Assembly: GCA_002269645.1 (NCBI GenBank) | Contig: NIVC01000442.1 | Span: 1 to 64,000 of the forward strand | Direction of reading: 5' to 3' | Length of the DNA stretch: 64,000 bases | Source: Macrostomum lignano | Lineage: Eukaryota | Part shown: positions 43,076 to 62,830 of the stretch, in pieces | Position numbering within the stretch: position 1 is the first letter of the stretch | Layout of the letters: every line of letters begins with the position of its first letter | The notes under the pieces: model-generated | What the model was told of the DNA's origin: nothing | Seen by the model: only the letters and a program-made list of their open reading frames with translations | Databases searched by the model: none | Program-made: the position numbers and the translations under genes

Positions 43076-44490
43076 ATGGCCTTCGAGCCGACTATGGATA
43101 AACAAGCTATTTCTAGGGATGGGGACCCTTCTAAACCCCAACCTCAGTCCGAAGGACCGGCCGGCCCTGCTGGCAGATCCCAACCGACTGATTCAACTGT
43201 GGCAAAGGAAGGACCGGCTGGCTCTGCTGGCAGATCCGACCAGAGCTACCAAACTCAAAATACCCTAAGACCTGCCAGCTCCGCTGGTGGATCTAAGGGA
43301 ACCGCGAGCTCTGAGCCTAAAGGACCGGCCAAATCTGGCAGATCCGATGAAGCTCAGCGGGCTCGGCTTGAGCGCAAACGCGCTAAACAACGCGCCAAAA
43401 GGCAGGCCAAGAAGGGAGCTGCGGGGCCAAAGCGGCGGCGTCCACCATGGATGCTGAAGCGACTGGAGTCCCAAGGCAACCAGGCGGGCCGGCCGGTGGA
43501 AGCTCCAGTAGTTCAGCGGCGGCGCTCCCTGGAGCTGCTGCCGCGGCTGCTGAGGCCGAAACCACGGCGCAACAAATGGCCACTGCCAACAAGGAGGTTC
43601 CTTCGGGAGCTACCTTTGCGGCGAAGGCCAAGGCCAAAATCCCGGGAGTGATCATCCAAGGTCGCGACCAGGACTGGACCACTGATCAGCTTCAAAAAGT
43701 GTGGAGTGCTGTTGACTCCTATCTGATTGAGCTGACTGTCGAGGAGGGAATCTCCATCGGCGTTGAGCGGATGGTGCTGCGAAGCACATTCGTTCTTATT
43801 GCTCCTAGCAGCGAGGAGGACGCTCGGCGGCTGCTCCAGCGGCTACCGACGGTCTCCTTGGATGCTGACCTTGGCGGAGCTCTTTTTCTTCGCGAGGGCC
43901 AGCGTCCAAAGACGATACCCTATGTGGTTTTCGTCCCTGCTAAGAGCACCGCAGCTGGACCAGACGTTATTCGCCGGGTCCTACTGCGTCTGAACCCCGA
44001 CCTCCCTGCTAGTGGACTGGTGTATCACCGTAAAGTCCGCAGGGGGGAGACGGGCAACTCAATTGTCCTCGGCCTTTCCAGCACTTGGGCGAGTCGGTAC
44101 CCTAATGGATCCTCTTTCCAGCTGGGTGCCCTCAAGCTCAAGTTGCGCCGAGGAAAGTCTGCCAAAGGGAAGGCTACTGCCAACCCCGGCATCTCCGGCA
44201 AGAGCGGGGCGCAGTCTAAGGCCCAAGGAAAGGCGCAAGCCGATCCCAAAGCCAAAGCTGCATCTCGCCCCTCTGCTAGCAGCAGTTCGGCGACCGCGGT
44301 AACGGCTCCGGCCGAGCCCCGGGAACCAAACCTGCCAGTCGGAGAAGGAGTTGAGGACGAGGCCGGGTCTTCGGAATCCGAGCTCTCCTCGGCCACCTTG
44401 GTGGGGTCTGAAGGTAAAGATGCAGGTGAGGAAGCTTCCTCCATCCTGTCATCGGAGCCTGAGGACTCTGCTGGGGGGCCGGTGGGGTGA
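43076..44490 (+). CDS. LINE ORF1 (nucleic-acid chaperone, no CCHC knuckles), split by a probable 1-nt frameshift near 43423
   Basis: The overlapping ORFs 43019-43651 and 43447-44490 join if one G is added in GCGGGGCC at 43421-43428 (KKGAAG|AKAAASTMDAE). The product has a basic KRAKQRAKRQAKK patch, a central globular region, and low-complexity ends. Confidence 0.7.
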
Positions 44491-44617
44491 GGAGGCCATG
44501 GACGTCGACCAACTCCCATCTCCCAGTCAAGCCCCAGCGGCCTGGGACGAGGACGATCTGTTGTCCAAGTCTCCTTGATGGCCCTGGGCTCTAGCCAGAT
44601 ATTGCATTTAATACAGT

Positions 44618-47600
44618 ATGACTAAGCTCCACGCTGCCAAAGGAGCGACATTCTGTCTGCAAATAAATTTACAGCATTGCGTATCTGCGTCAGTAAATCT
44701 GATGAAGATTGCTGAGCTGTACAGGCCAGGCCTCATCCTGATCCAGGAACCCTGGATGCGCAACGGTAAGTTGCCCAACATTCCCTCTGGCTACTCTGAT
44801 TTTTATGTGTGTGGCCCGGGGAACAGCCGCCCTAGAGCGGCTATCCTCGCTGCTAGCCATCTCCAGGCTTGGCTGAGGACTGATCTCTCTGATGGAGACC
44901 TTTGCGTCATCCAATCTAATCATTTCTCTCCGCGTACGTGTCTTGTTGCCTCGGTTTATATCCCAGGCGACAGAGACCCTGCTCCCGAGAGTTTACTGCG
45001 CCTTGCGCAGTACTGCGAGTCCCAGAACGCTGAGCTGTGCTTAGGGGGCGACCTCAACGCGCACCACAAGCACTGGGGCAGCAAAGATACCAACACTAGA
45101 GGAGAGGAGCTTCTGGCCCTCATCTCTAACACAAACCTCATGCTCTGCAACCGCGGCAGCACTCCTACCTTTAATAATGGCAGATGGACCGAGGTCCTCG
45201 ACGCCACACTCGTTACCCCAAGACTCTTTGACAGAGTCAAGGAGTGGAGAGTCTGGTCTGAGGAGCCCTCCCTGTCTGACCACTGCTTTATCGCCTTTAA
45301 TATCGCGGACACTAAAACCCAGTCTCCGATCACTTGGAGACGCAATATCCGCAACACTGATTGGGCGGCCTACAAGGCTGCCCTTGATCTGCACCTGCAG
45401 GAACTCACGGACTTACGTCCGATTGAGACCTGCGAGGATGTGGATCATATGGCTGAGACGCTGACAGGTTGCATTATTGCAGCCTACGAAGCGGCTTGTC
45501 CTGCTCGCGCCTACAGAGGCAAGACCTCGGCGCCGTGGTGGAACCCGGAGCTGGGGAAACTCAGGCGGAAGGCCAAAAGCCTTCATCGCCGTGCCATGAA
45601 GACCGGAAACCCGGAGGACATGGAGCTTTTCCGGCAAGCCTCCCGCAATTTCAAATCTGAAGTGCGCAAGGCCAAGGAATGTAAGTGGCGCCAATTCTGC
45701 AATGAATTGGATCAAGACAGACCTACTTCTAGGCTTGTCAAGGCCCTTACAATGGACAAAATGTCCAAATTAGCCATGATCAAAAAAGATGATGGCTCTC
45801 TTACTAAAGACCCTGAAGAAGTGCTTCAGCATATGCTTAGCACATTCTTCCCGAGGGTACCTACTGCTAGACCGGAGCCCAACCATTCGATGGATGGAGC
45901 CACCCTAGCGGCGGGCATTGTCACTGAAGACCTAATCGCTCGTGCGGTCAGAACCTTCAAACCCTTCAAATCTCCTGGACCTGATGGTATCTACCCTGTT
46001 CTCCTTCGTGAAGCAGCCAAGATACCCTCGTTCCTGAGACTCACCCGCAATCTTATGCGGGCCTCTATCCAGCTGGGATACGTTCCCAAAAGCTGGACTG
46101 AAGCTCGAGTAGTCTTTATTCCCAAACCTGGGAAGGGTGACTACCAAAGCGTCAAGGCCTTCCGGCCAATTAGCTTAACGTCAGCAATGCTTAAGCTCAC
46201 TGAGAGGCTTATTCTCTGGCGGCTGCTCTCCTGCGAGCTGACAGCGATGCCCCTCAGCAATAATCAGCACGCCTTCCGTACCGGGAGGTCGACTGACAGC
46301 GCCCTGCATGCGATTGTCGAAAAGATTGAACGGGCGGTACTGGGTGACGGTTACGCCCTGGCTCTCTTTCTTGACATTGTTGGCGCCTTCGACAACGTTA
46401 TCTTTGAAGCGTTTCAGAGGGCCCTTCAAAATCGCAAAGCTCATGCTACCCTCATACGGTGGATCATGTACATGATCTCCAACCGTACGGTCACTGCCCA
46501 ACTTCTTGGGCAAACTGCCTCCACCAGAGTCTGTAAGGGTGGACCCCAAGGCGGAGTCCTCACCCCGACGCTCTGGAACCTGGTCATGGACGCTCTTCTG
46601 AGTGACTCCCGACCTGACCCCGTCTTCAAAGTCGGGTATGCTGATGACGTCACGGCCATTGTGGCAGGACCGTCTCCCAGCACGCTCAGGGATCTGATGC
46701 AGAGCTTTATCCGCAAAGCAGAATCCTGGGCCAATGACAATGGTTTGGAACTCTCTGAGCCCAAAACCGTTGCCATTATGTTTACCAGCAGACTACGCTG
46801 GAACATACGTCCTCTGCAGCTCTACGGCAGAGATATTGCCTTCGCGCACCAGACCAGATGTCTCGGGGTCACACTTGACCACCGGCTCAACTGGTCCTTC
46901 CACGTGAAAGCAAAAGCTAAGCGTGCCTCAGCCATCCTGGCCCAGCTCCGACGAGCACTTGGCACTTCTTGGGGTCTATCCCCAAAGCGGCTTTGGTGGA
47001 TCTATACTTCCGTAGTTAGACCTGCCATTACGTACGCCTCTGTTGTCTGGGTTAGCGCTACCCAGGTCAAAAGCCATGCAGACCTGCTCAACACGATCCA
47101 AGGCAGAGCGTGTAGGCTCATCTGCAACGCCACCAGGTCCACGCCCTTTGCTGGCATGGGGGCCTTTCTTAATCTTCCGCCTCTTGACCTCTTCATCAGG
47201 GGTGAGGCGGCTAGAACGACGCGGCGTCTAATTGATGCCGGCGTCAAATTCATTTACATGAGAGCACCTGCTAAGCGGAACCTTGTCCCGCATAGCGATC
47301 TGTGCCTCAACTTTCTCAACGAGTGTCAGGCCAATCGCGTCTTCACCGATGGCATTGCCTCAACGCTCAACCTGAGACAGCGCTACTCCGTAGCTATCGA
47401 CTCGCGCGATAACATCAATGACCATTGGAACCCTGGTGAGCTTCATTGCTACACCGACGGTTCTAAGCAGTCAGCCAACACCGGCTTTGGTGTTGGAATC
47501 TTTCTGAACGGGAGGGTCATCGCTACCCACGCTCAATACACTGGGGTCAACTCCAGTGTTTTCCAAAATGAAGTTCTGGCCATCAGCTCCTGCACTGCAG

Positions 47601-48358
47601 AGCTTCTCGCCACTGGCGTTACTGGTAAGAACATCATTTTCCATTCGGACAGCCAAGCTGCCTTGCACGCCATCAGTGGCTGCAGCACCAACTCTGCTAC
47701 AGTCCTTGACTGTATCAAACTCCTCAATGTGTTGGGTTCCGCCAACAAAATTACCCTTAAGTGGGTTCCGGGGCATGTGGGGATCCGAGGAAATGAGTTG
47801 GCTGACACCCTTGCAAAAGTTGGTGCCTCCGGCTCCTCTCTCGGCCCCGAACCTCTTGTCCCGATTCCTGGCTGTGTCATCGACTCGCGCATCAAAGCGT
47901 GGATCAGGACTCAGCACCGCTCGACTTGGGCGAACCGCACGAACTGCAGGCAATCCAGAGGCGCTGTCCCTCAGCCCTCTCACCAGCTCCGGAAGCTCCT
48001 CTTGCGCCTCTCGCGCAGAGACATCCGGGCTGCCACCATGACCCTCTCTGGTCACGGCTGCTTCTCCAGGCACCAGTACCTGCAGGGCAACGCCACCAAC
48101 GCCACCTGTAGTTTCTGCAACTCAGGTGACGAAACCGCTGAGCATTTCGTCAGCATCTGTCCCGCCTTCACGCGGGCCAGACTCACTTACCTCGGGCCAC
48201 ACACATCTATTACTGAAGCGTGCAAACCCGAAAACTTTAATCAGCTCATGCGCTACCTTCGGGCCACCCGCAGGGCTGAACTCTCCTTTCCAGAGAGCAC
48301 CATAGCTGCTGGCGACACTGGGGGACCTCCCTGGGCGGCGCCAACCCTCCGTCCATAG
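44618..48358 (+). CDS. LINE ORF2 polyprotein, intact, 1246 aa
   Basis: APE endonuclease (IQEP, GDLNAH, LDATL, SDH), RT (KSPGPDG, FRPISL, FLDIVGAFD, PQGGVL, YADD), RNase H (YTDGS, NEVLAI, SDSQAAL, WVPGH, GNELAD) and a C-terminal CxxC-x8-H-x4-C (CSFCNSGDETAEHFVSIC). Confidence 0.95.
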   Translation: MTKLHAAKGATFCLQINLQHCVSASVNLMKIAELYRPGLILIQEPWMRNGKLPNIPSGYSDFYVCGPGNSRPRAAILAASHLQAWLRTDLSDGDLCVIQSNHFSPRTCLVASVYIPGDRDPAPESLLRLAQYCESQNAELCLGGDLNAHHKHWGSKDTNTRGEELLALISNTNLMLCNRGSTPTFNNGRWTEVLDATLVTPRLFDRVKEWRVWSEEPSLSDHCFIAFNIADTKTQSPITWRRNIRNTDWAAYKAALDLHLQELTDLRPIETCEDVDHMAETLTGCIIAAYEAACPARAYRGKTSAPWWNPELGKLRRKAKSLHRRAMKTGNPEDMELFRQASRNFKSEVRKAKECKWRQFCNELDQDRPTSRLVKALTMDKMSKLAMIKKDDGSLTKDPEEVLQHMLSTFFPRVPTARPEPNHSMDGATLAAGIVTEDLIARAVRTFKPFKSPGPDGIYPVLLREAAKIPSFLRLTRNLMRASIQLGYVPKSWTEARVVFIPKPGKGDYQSVKAFRPISLTSAMLKLTERLILWRLLSCELTAMPLSNNQHAFRTGRSTDSALHAIVEKIERAVLGDGYALALFLDIVGAFDNVIFEAFQRALQNRKAHATLIRWIMYMISNRTVTAQLLGQTASTRVCKGGPQGGVLTPTLWNLVMDALLSDSRPDPVFKVGYADDVTAIVAGPSPSTLRDLMQSFIRKAESWANDNGLELSEPKTVAIMFTSRLRWNIRPLQLYGRDIAFAHQTRCLGVTLDHRLNWSFHVKAKAKRASAILAQLRRALGTSWGLSPKRLWWIYTSVVRPAITYASVVWVSATQVKSHADLLNTIQGRACRLICNATRSTPFAGMGAFLNLPPLDLFIRGEAARTTRRLIDAGVKFIYMRAPAKRNLVPHSDLCLNFLNECQANRVFTDGIASTLNLRQRYSVAIDSRDNINDHWNPGELHCYTDGSKQSANTGFGVGIFLNGRVIATHAQYTGVNSSVFQNEVLAISSCTAELLATGVTGKNIIFHSDSQAALHAISGCSTNSATVLDCIKLLNVLGSANKITLKWVPGHVGIRGNELADTLAKVGASGSSLGPEPLVPIPGCVIDSRIKAWIRTQHRSTWANRTNCRQSRGAVPQPSHQLRKLLLRLSRRDIRAATMTLSGHGCFSRHQYLQGNATNATCSFCNSGDETAEHFVSICPAFTRARLTYLGPHTSITEACKPENFNQLMRYLRATRRAELSFPESTIAAGDTGGPPWAAPTLRP

Positions 48359-48914
48359 CGACGCGTCGGCCGTTCAGGGACTAGCGGAATGGGCGCCCGC
48401 GCCTTCCCGCTGTGTCCCCTCCGGGACAGCCCTGCAGCTAAGTCAAGTAAGTCAAGGCATCATCTCAGGATGGGATCATCTCAGGATGGAATCATCTCAT
48501 GATGGGATCATCTCAGGATGGAATCATCTCATGATGGCATCATCTCAGGATGGGATCATCTCATGATGGCATCATCTCAGGATGGGATCATCTCAGGATG
48601 GAATCATCTCATGATGGGATCATCTCAGGATGGGATCATCTCATGATGGCATCATCTCAGGATGGGATCATCTCAGGATGGGATCATCTCAGGATGGAAT
48701 CATCTCAGGATGGGATCATCTCAGGATGGGATCATCTCATGACGGGATCATATCAGGAAGGGATCATCTCATGATGGCATCATCTCAGGATGGGATCATA
48801 TCAGGATGGGATCATTCGCTCAGAAGGCACCAGTCACTCAGGACGGCAGTCAGGACGGCAGTCAGGAGTGCTGAGTACAGCAGTGCTCAGAGATACGCAG
48901 TGGCCAGTCGCAGT

Positions 48915-58042
<9,128 letters not shown>

Positions 58043-58299
58043 TGCTCGCTTGAGGACACAAGATTATTCGTTTAGTATTACTCTGCTCAAGCGCTTACTC
58101 ATTGAGTGCGAGGCCGCAGCTGAGGCTTTAGCTTGTTTTTATTTCCAATATACTTAAATCATAAAATGATTTAAACTGAAAATAAAAATATTAGCGTTAA
58201 ATATCCCGTAATATATCATCTTCACGAGCCACTTAGAGCATCTGAGGCGATTCTACATAGCCATTGTTAAATGTTGTTTGAAATGATTCTTAAATGCAA

Positions 58300-58885
58300 T
58301 ATGAGTCAGTTCTCAGGGGTAATTTTGAGACGATTCTTAAAGGCAATTTTGAGGCGATTATCAAGGGTAATTTTGAGGCGATTTTTAAGAGGAATTTTAA
58401 AGCGATTTTTAAGAGGAATTTTAAGGCGATTCTCAAGAGTGATTTTGAGGCGATTCGCAAGGGTAACTTTGAGGTGATTCTAAAGAGCAATTTTAAGGCG
58501 ATTTTTAAGAGGAATTTTAAGGCAATTCTCAAGAGTGATTTTGAGGCGATTCGCAAGGGTAACTTTGAGGTGATTCTAAAGAGCAATTTTAAGGCGATTT
58601 TTAAGAGGAATTTTGAGGCGATTCTCAAGAGTGATTTTGAGGCGATTCTCAAGAGTGATTTTGAGGCGATTCTCAAGAGTGATTTTGAGGCGATTCGCAA
58701 GGGTAACTTTGAGGTGATTCTAAAGAGCAATTTTAAGGCGATTCTCAAGAGGAATTTTGAGGCGATTCTCAAGAGTGATTTTGAGGCGATTCTCAAGAGT
58801 GATTTTGAAGCGATTCTTAAAGGTAATTTTGAGGCAATTCTCAAGGGTAATCTTGAGGCGGTTCTTAAAGGCAATTTTAAGAGAT
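58300..58885. repeat. 24-bp minisatellite TTTTGAGGCGATTCTCAAGAGTGA
   Basis: It lies upstream of AMPK; source of the spurious FEAILKSD ORFs. Confidence 0.92.
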
Positions 58886-59354
58886 TTTGTAAACTTAGAA
58901 ATATAAAAAGCTGCATGACTTACAGGGGTGCGCAAATATTCATGAATGTCATTTCTAGAGATACCTTGCACAATACGGAGGACATGCTAGGTGAATGTTT
59001 CAGCAGCTATGAACACGAACAAAGAGGATCGGGTTGAAATTTTCACATTTCTAATTTTTTTCTTTTTTTATGCTTATCGATGCGAATCCTGGTTACTGCT
59101 GTTTTCTGTTCAGGTGCCTGAAAAATACAATCTCATTTGCTAACTGCATATCATCTGCTTGGTGGATAAACAACACATTCCAGTCTTTTTGAGTAAATGT
59201 TGAAGCGAAAACGTCGGTAAAAAACAATTTTTGCTTTTGTGGGAGGCGTATCCTAGGGATCAGGCTGTTTTTTGCTTGATTTTCTACCACGGAATGATCC
59301 AACAGACTGTTTCTGTTGCAAACACAAATTAATAAAAAAAACTCTTACGGGAGG

Positions 59355-59926
<572 letters not shown>

Positions 59927-60760
59927 GGCCGGATTGCTATTGTGAAGTTTCAAAAGACCCGAGGGCTTTCCGACCCCTGCTATGTTGCGCCTTTCCGAAA
60001 AGTCAAAATGTTGAGCATTTAAGTACCGGCCACTTGGAGGAAGTGGAGATTTATAATTTATGATTAAGCTTCGAGCTCAAAAGAGCCTTATGTGCTAGAC
60101 AGCTGAACTTTCGTCAACTTGTTGCAAAAATTAAGAACAACAAAGGACATTTGAAACAAGAAAAGGTGTACAACTCTGTCTCTCCAATTAATGGTGCTTA
60201 TTTTTAACAACAAGGCAATTTTTGAAACAAAACGCGACACTCAGAAAAAACTTACAAAAAATACACGCTAAGGGAAAGTTTTACAGCGAAAATACAATGC
60301 TTGAAACAGCAGATAATGAGATGGATAGATCTCCAGCATGGATTAATAACAAGATGCAGTTCCGACTTGCCAGCAAGCCACGCGTGTAACCCTTGATAGG
60401 CAGTCTAGCTCACAGAATATGATCTAGCTAGAAGATAGAAGCGAGGCTTGTGTAAAAAGCGCGATAAAAGAGAGCGAGAGAGAAGTATTTGGCCTGTTTC
60501 AATTGACATAACGAAAGATAGGACTCGGCTTGAAGGAGAGAAGAGGTTAATAATAATAATAAGTTTACAGAATCTGAAGCCAAAGTTTAAAAAATAAGTA
60601 CAACGTTATCAGAGGAAAAATGCAAACAGAAGGTAACTATAGACAAGCACAGATACTATAATATATAACTGGATGGGCCCAGGTAGTTTATATTTGCGTT
60701 TTAAACTAACTTCAATTTTACTATCTTTAGGAAAAGGTAAGAGATAGCAGCCGTCTCTAG

Positions 60761-61596
60761 TCCGTATAAAAATGGAAATGTGACACTACCTGTCACACCT
60801 GTGACCGTCTAGTGTGATCATGATATGACCGTCATTGTGATCCTTGTGTATTAGATTTATTTAAGAAAATCATAAAAGTCAAAAACGAACAAGTTGGTAT
60901 GAGTGATCGTTTATTTTGCGGTCCACTTTGCACATTTTTGATGGTCACATTGAACTGAAGGGTCCCATTGACGGTCACATGAGTGACCGTTTTTTGACGG
61001 TCACATTGAACTGAAGGGTCCCATTGACGGTCACATGAGTGACCATTTTTTGACGGTCACATTGAACTGAAGGGTCCCATTGACGGTCACATGAGTGACC
61101 GTTTTTTGACGGTAACTTTGCACATTGACGGTCATATGAGTGACCATTTTTTGACGGTCACATTGAACTGAAGGGTCCCATTGACGGTCACATGAGTGAC
61201 CATTTTTTGACGGTAACTTTGCACATTGACGGTCATATGAGTGACCATTTTTTGACGGTCACATTGAACTGAAGGGTCCCATTGACGGTCACATGAGTGA
61301 CCATTTTTGACGGTAACTTTGCACATTGACGGTCATATGAGTGACCGTTTTTTGACGGTAACTTTGCACATTGACGGTCATATGAGTGACCGTTTTTTGA
61401 CGGTCACATTGAACTGAAGGGTCTCATTGACGGTAACATGAGTGACCGTTTTTTCACGTCACATTAAATTTAACAGTCACATTGATGGTCACACGATTGA
61501 CCGTTTTTGACGGTCACATTATAGAGTCACTATGGAGGGTCACATGCGATACCGTTATTTGAGAGTCAGAATGTGACCGTCCCAATTTTACACGGG
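60761..61596. mobile_element. Candidate CMC/EnSpm-like non-autonomous element with subterminal GACGGTCA repeats
   Basis: Imperfect termini TCCGTATAAAAATGG / CCAATTTTACACGGG. The interior holds many direct and inverted copies of GACGGTCAC/GTGACCGT in ~55-bp units. Confidence 0.45.
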
Positions 61597-62099
61597 TAGA
61601 GGACTCTATGGCTGAACCCTGCACAAAAAGTCTCATCGATGTGCCCAAAGCTGCCCGCCATGTACATTCTTAGTGGCGCTGGCTAATGTACATTGTGGCT
61701 GCATGAATAGCAAGTTGTTTATGCCTGCAAGTCACTCCAAAACTACTTTTCTTTTCAGAAAATATTCTGTCATACTACTGAAGTGAAATTAAAAGAACTC
61801 AAGTGAACATATACCCATCTAGTTATTATAGTATCTGTGGGTACAACAGGGTCATGCGGGTGCGTGGGATAGGGAGTAATTAAAACAGAGAAAAAACAGT
61901 CCAACACAAAAAAGTGGCACAGGATTTAATTAATTACAACAAATTTTGTCCACAGCCAACGAACGAACTGTGACAGAAATGGTTAATCGCTGATAACAAA
62001 CAATAGCAATCAGTGATTGACTAATTAATATCTGGATAGCTCCTGTAGCTATTAAAGAGCAGTGCAATGATTAACCTTTAGAGAGTGACAGCTCACTTC

Positions 62100-62292
62100 C
62101 TAGGTAAAAATTGAAAGGTCAGCTACGCCACTGACTGCAGGCGGCGCCTTTGAGGCGGCTGCTGGCGAGGCTGAGTGCACTTTCATGTGACGGTTGATCA
62201 TGTCTTTGCGGCAGGCCGAGTAGCTGCAGTGCGGACAGGCGTACGGCTTCTCACCCGTGTGCGTGCGGCGGTGAGTGGTCAGGTGGTCCGAT
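62100..62292 (-). CDS. klu: C2H2 zinc-finger exon, Klumpfuss/WT1-like (last visible exon; upstream exons not identified and probably beyond the right edge)
   Basis: After a GCAG acceptor at 62294/62293 the frame reads (R)[39 protein letters not shown]. It has the TGEKPY linker and the ACR(R/K)DMI.RH finger that I recognise from Klumpfuss. The frame stops at 62100. Confidence 0.75.
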
Positions 62293-62324
62293 CTGCGCGA
62301 GGCGTGCGGTGGGGTAACAGGTGT

Positions 62325-62830
62325 CACAGAGTAGGGGTGGGCTGGGTGAGGTCAGGTGTAACACTGAGTAGACAGGGGTGGGCTGGGTGAGGTCAGGTGT
62401 AACACTGAGTAGGCTGGGGTGGGCTGGGTGAGGTCAGGTGTAACACTGAGTAGGCAGGGGTGGGCTGGGTGGGCTGGGTGAGGTCAGGTGTAACACTGAG
62501 TAGGCAGGGGTGGGCTGGGTGGGCTGGGTGAGGTCAGGTGTAACACTGAGTAGGCAGGGGTGGGCTGGGTGAGGTCAGGTGTAACACTGAGTAGGCAGGG
62601 GTGGGCTGGGTGAGGTCAGGTGTAACACTGAGTAGGCAGGGGTGGGCTGGGTGAGGTCAGGTGTAACACTGAGTAGGCAGGGGTGGGCTGGGTGAGGTCA
62701 GGTGTAACACTGAGTAGGCAGGGGTGGGCTGGGTGAGGTCAGGTGTAACACTGAGTAGGCAGGGGTGGGCTGGGTGAGGTTAAGTGTAACACTGAGTAAG
62801 GGTGGGCTGGGTGAGATCAGGTGTAGGGCT
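62325..62830. repeat. 41-bp G-rich minisatellite GGGGTGGGCTGGGTGAGGTCAGGTGTAACACTGAGTAGGCA (~12 copies)
   Basis: It lies just upstream of the zinc-finger exon acceptor. Confidence 0.94.

Larger units (their letters stand above)
42555..48455 (+). mobile_element. Full-length non-LTR retrotransposon (APE-RT-RNaseH-CCHC; I/R1/LOA group), ~5.9 kb
   Basis: It has a 5' UTR, ORF1, ORF2 and a 3' UTR ending in short AAGT(C) repeats (48440-48455). It is flanked by a 12-bp direct repeat GGCATCATCTCA (42543-42554 and 48456-48467), although this TSD is confounded by the surrounding 16-bp minisatellite. Confidence 0.92.
42340..48815. repeat. 16-bp minisatellite GATGGGATCATCTCA(G/T), split by the LINE (parts 42340-42554 and 48456-48815)
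   Basis: The same unit lies on both sides of the LINE. Confidence 0.9.

Noticed and set aside
58049-58098. Acceptor 6 nt upstream of the AMPK ATG (and 3 nt upstream of the surface-protein ATG) as evidence of SL trans-splicing
   Set aside because: A GTAAG donor at 58098 gives an ordinary 50-nt UTR intron, and a donor near 30315 could serve the other gene. Trans-splicing is not required.
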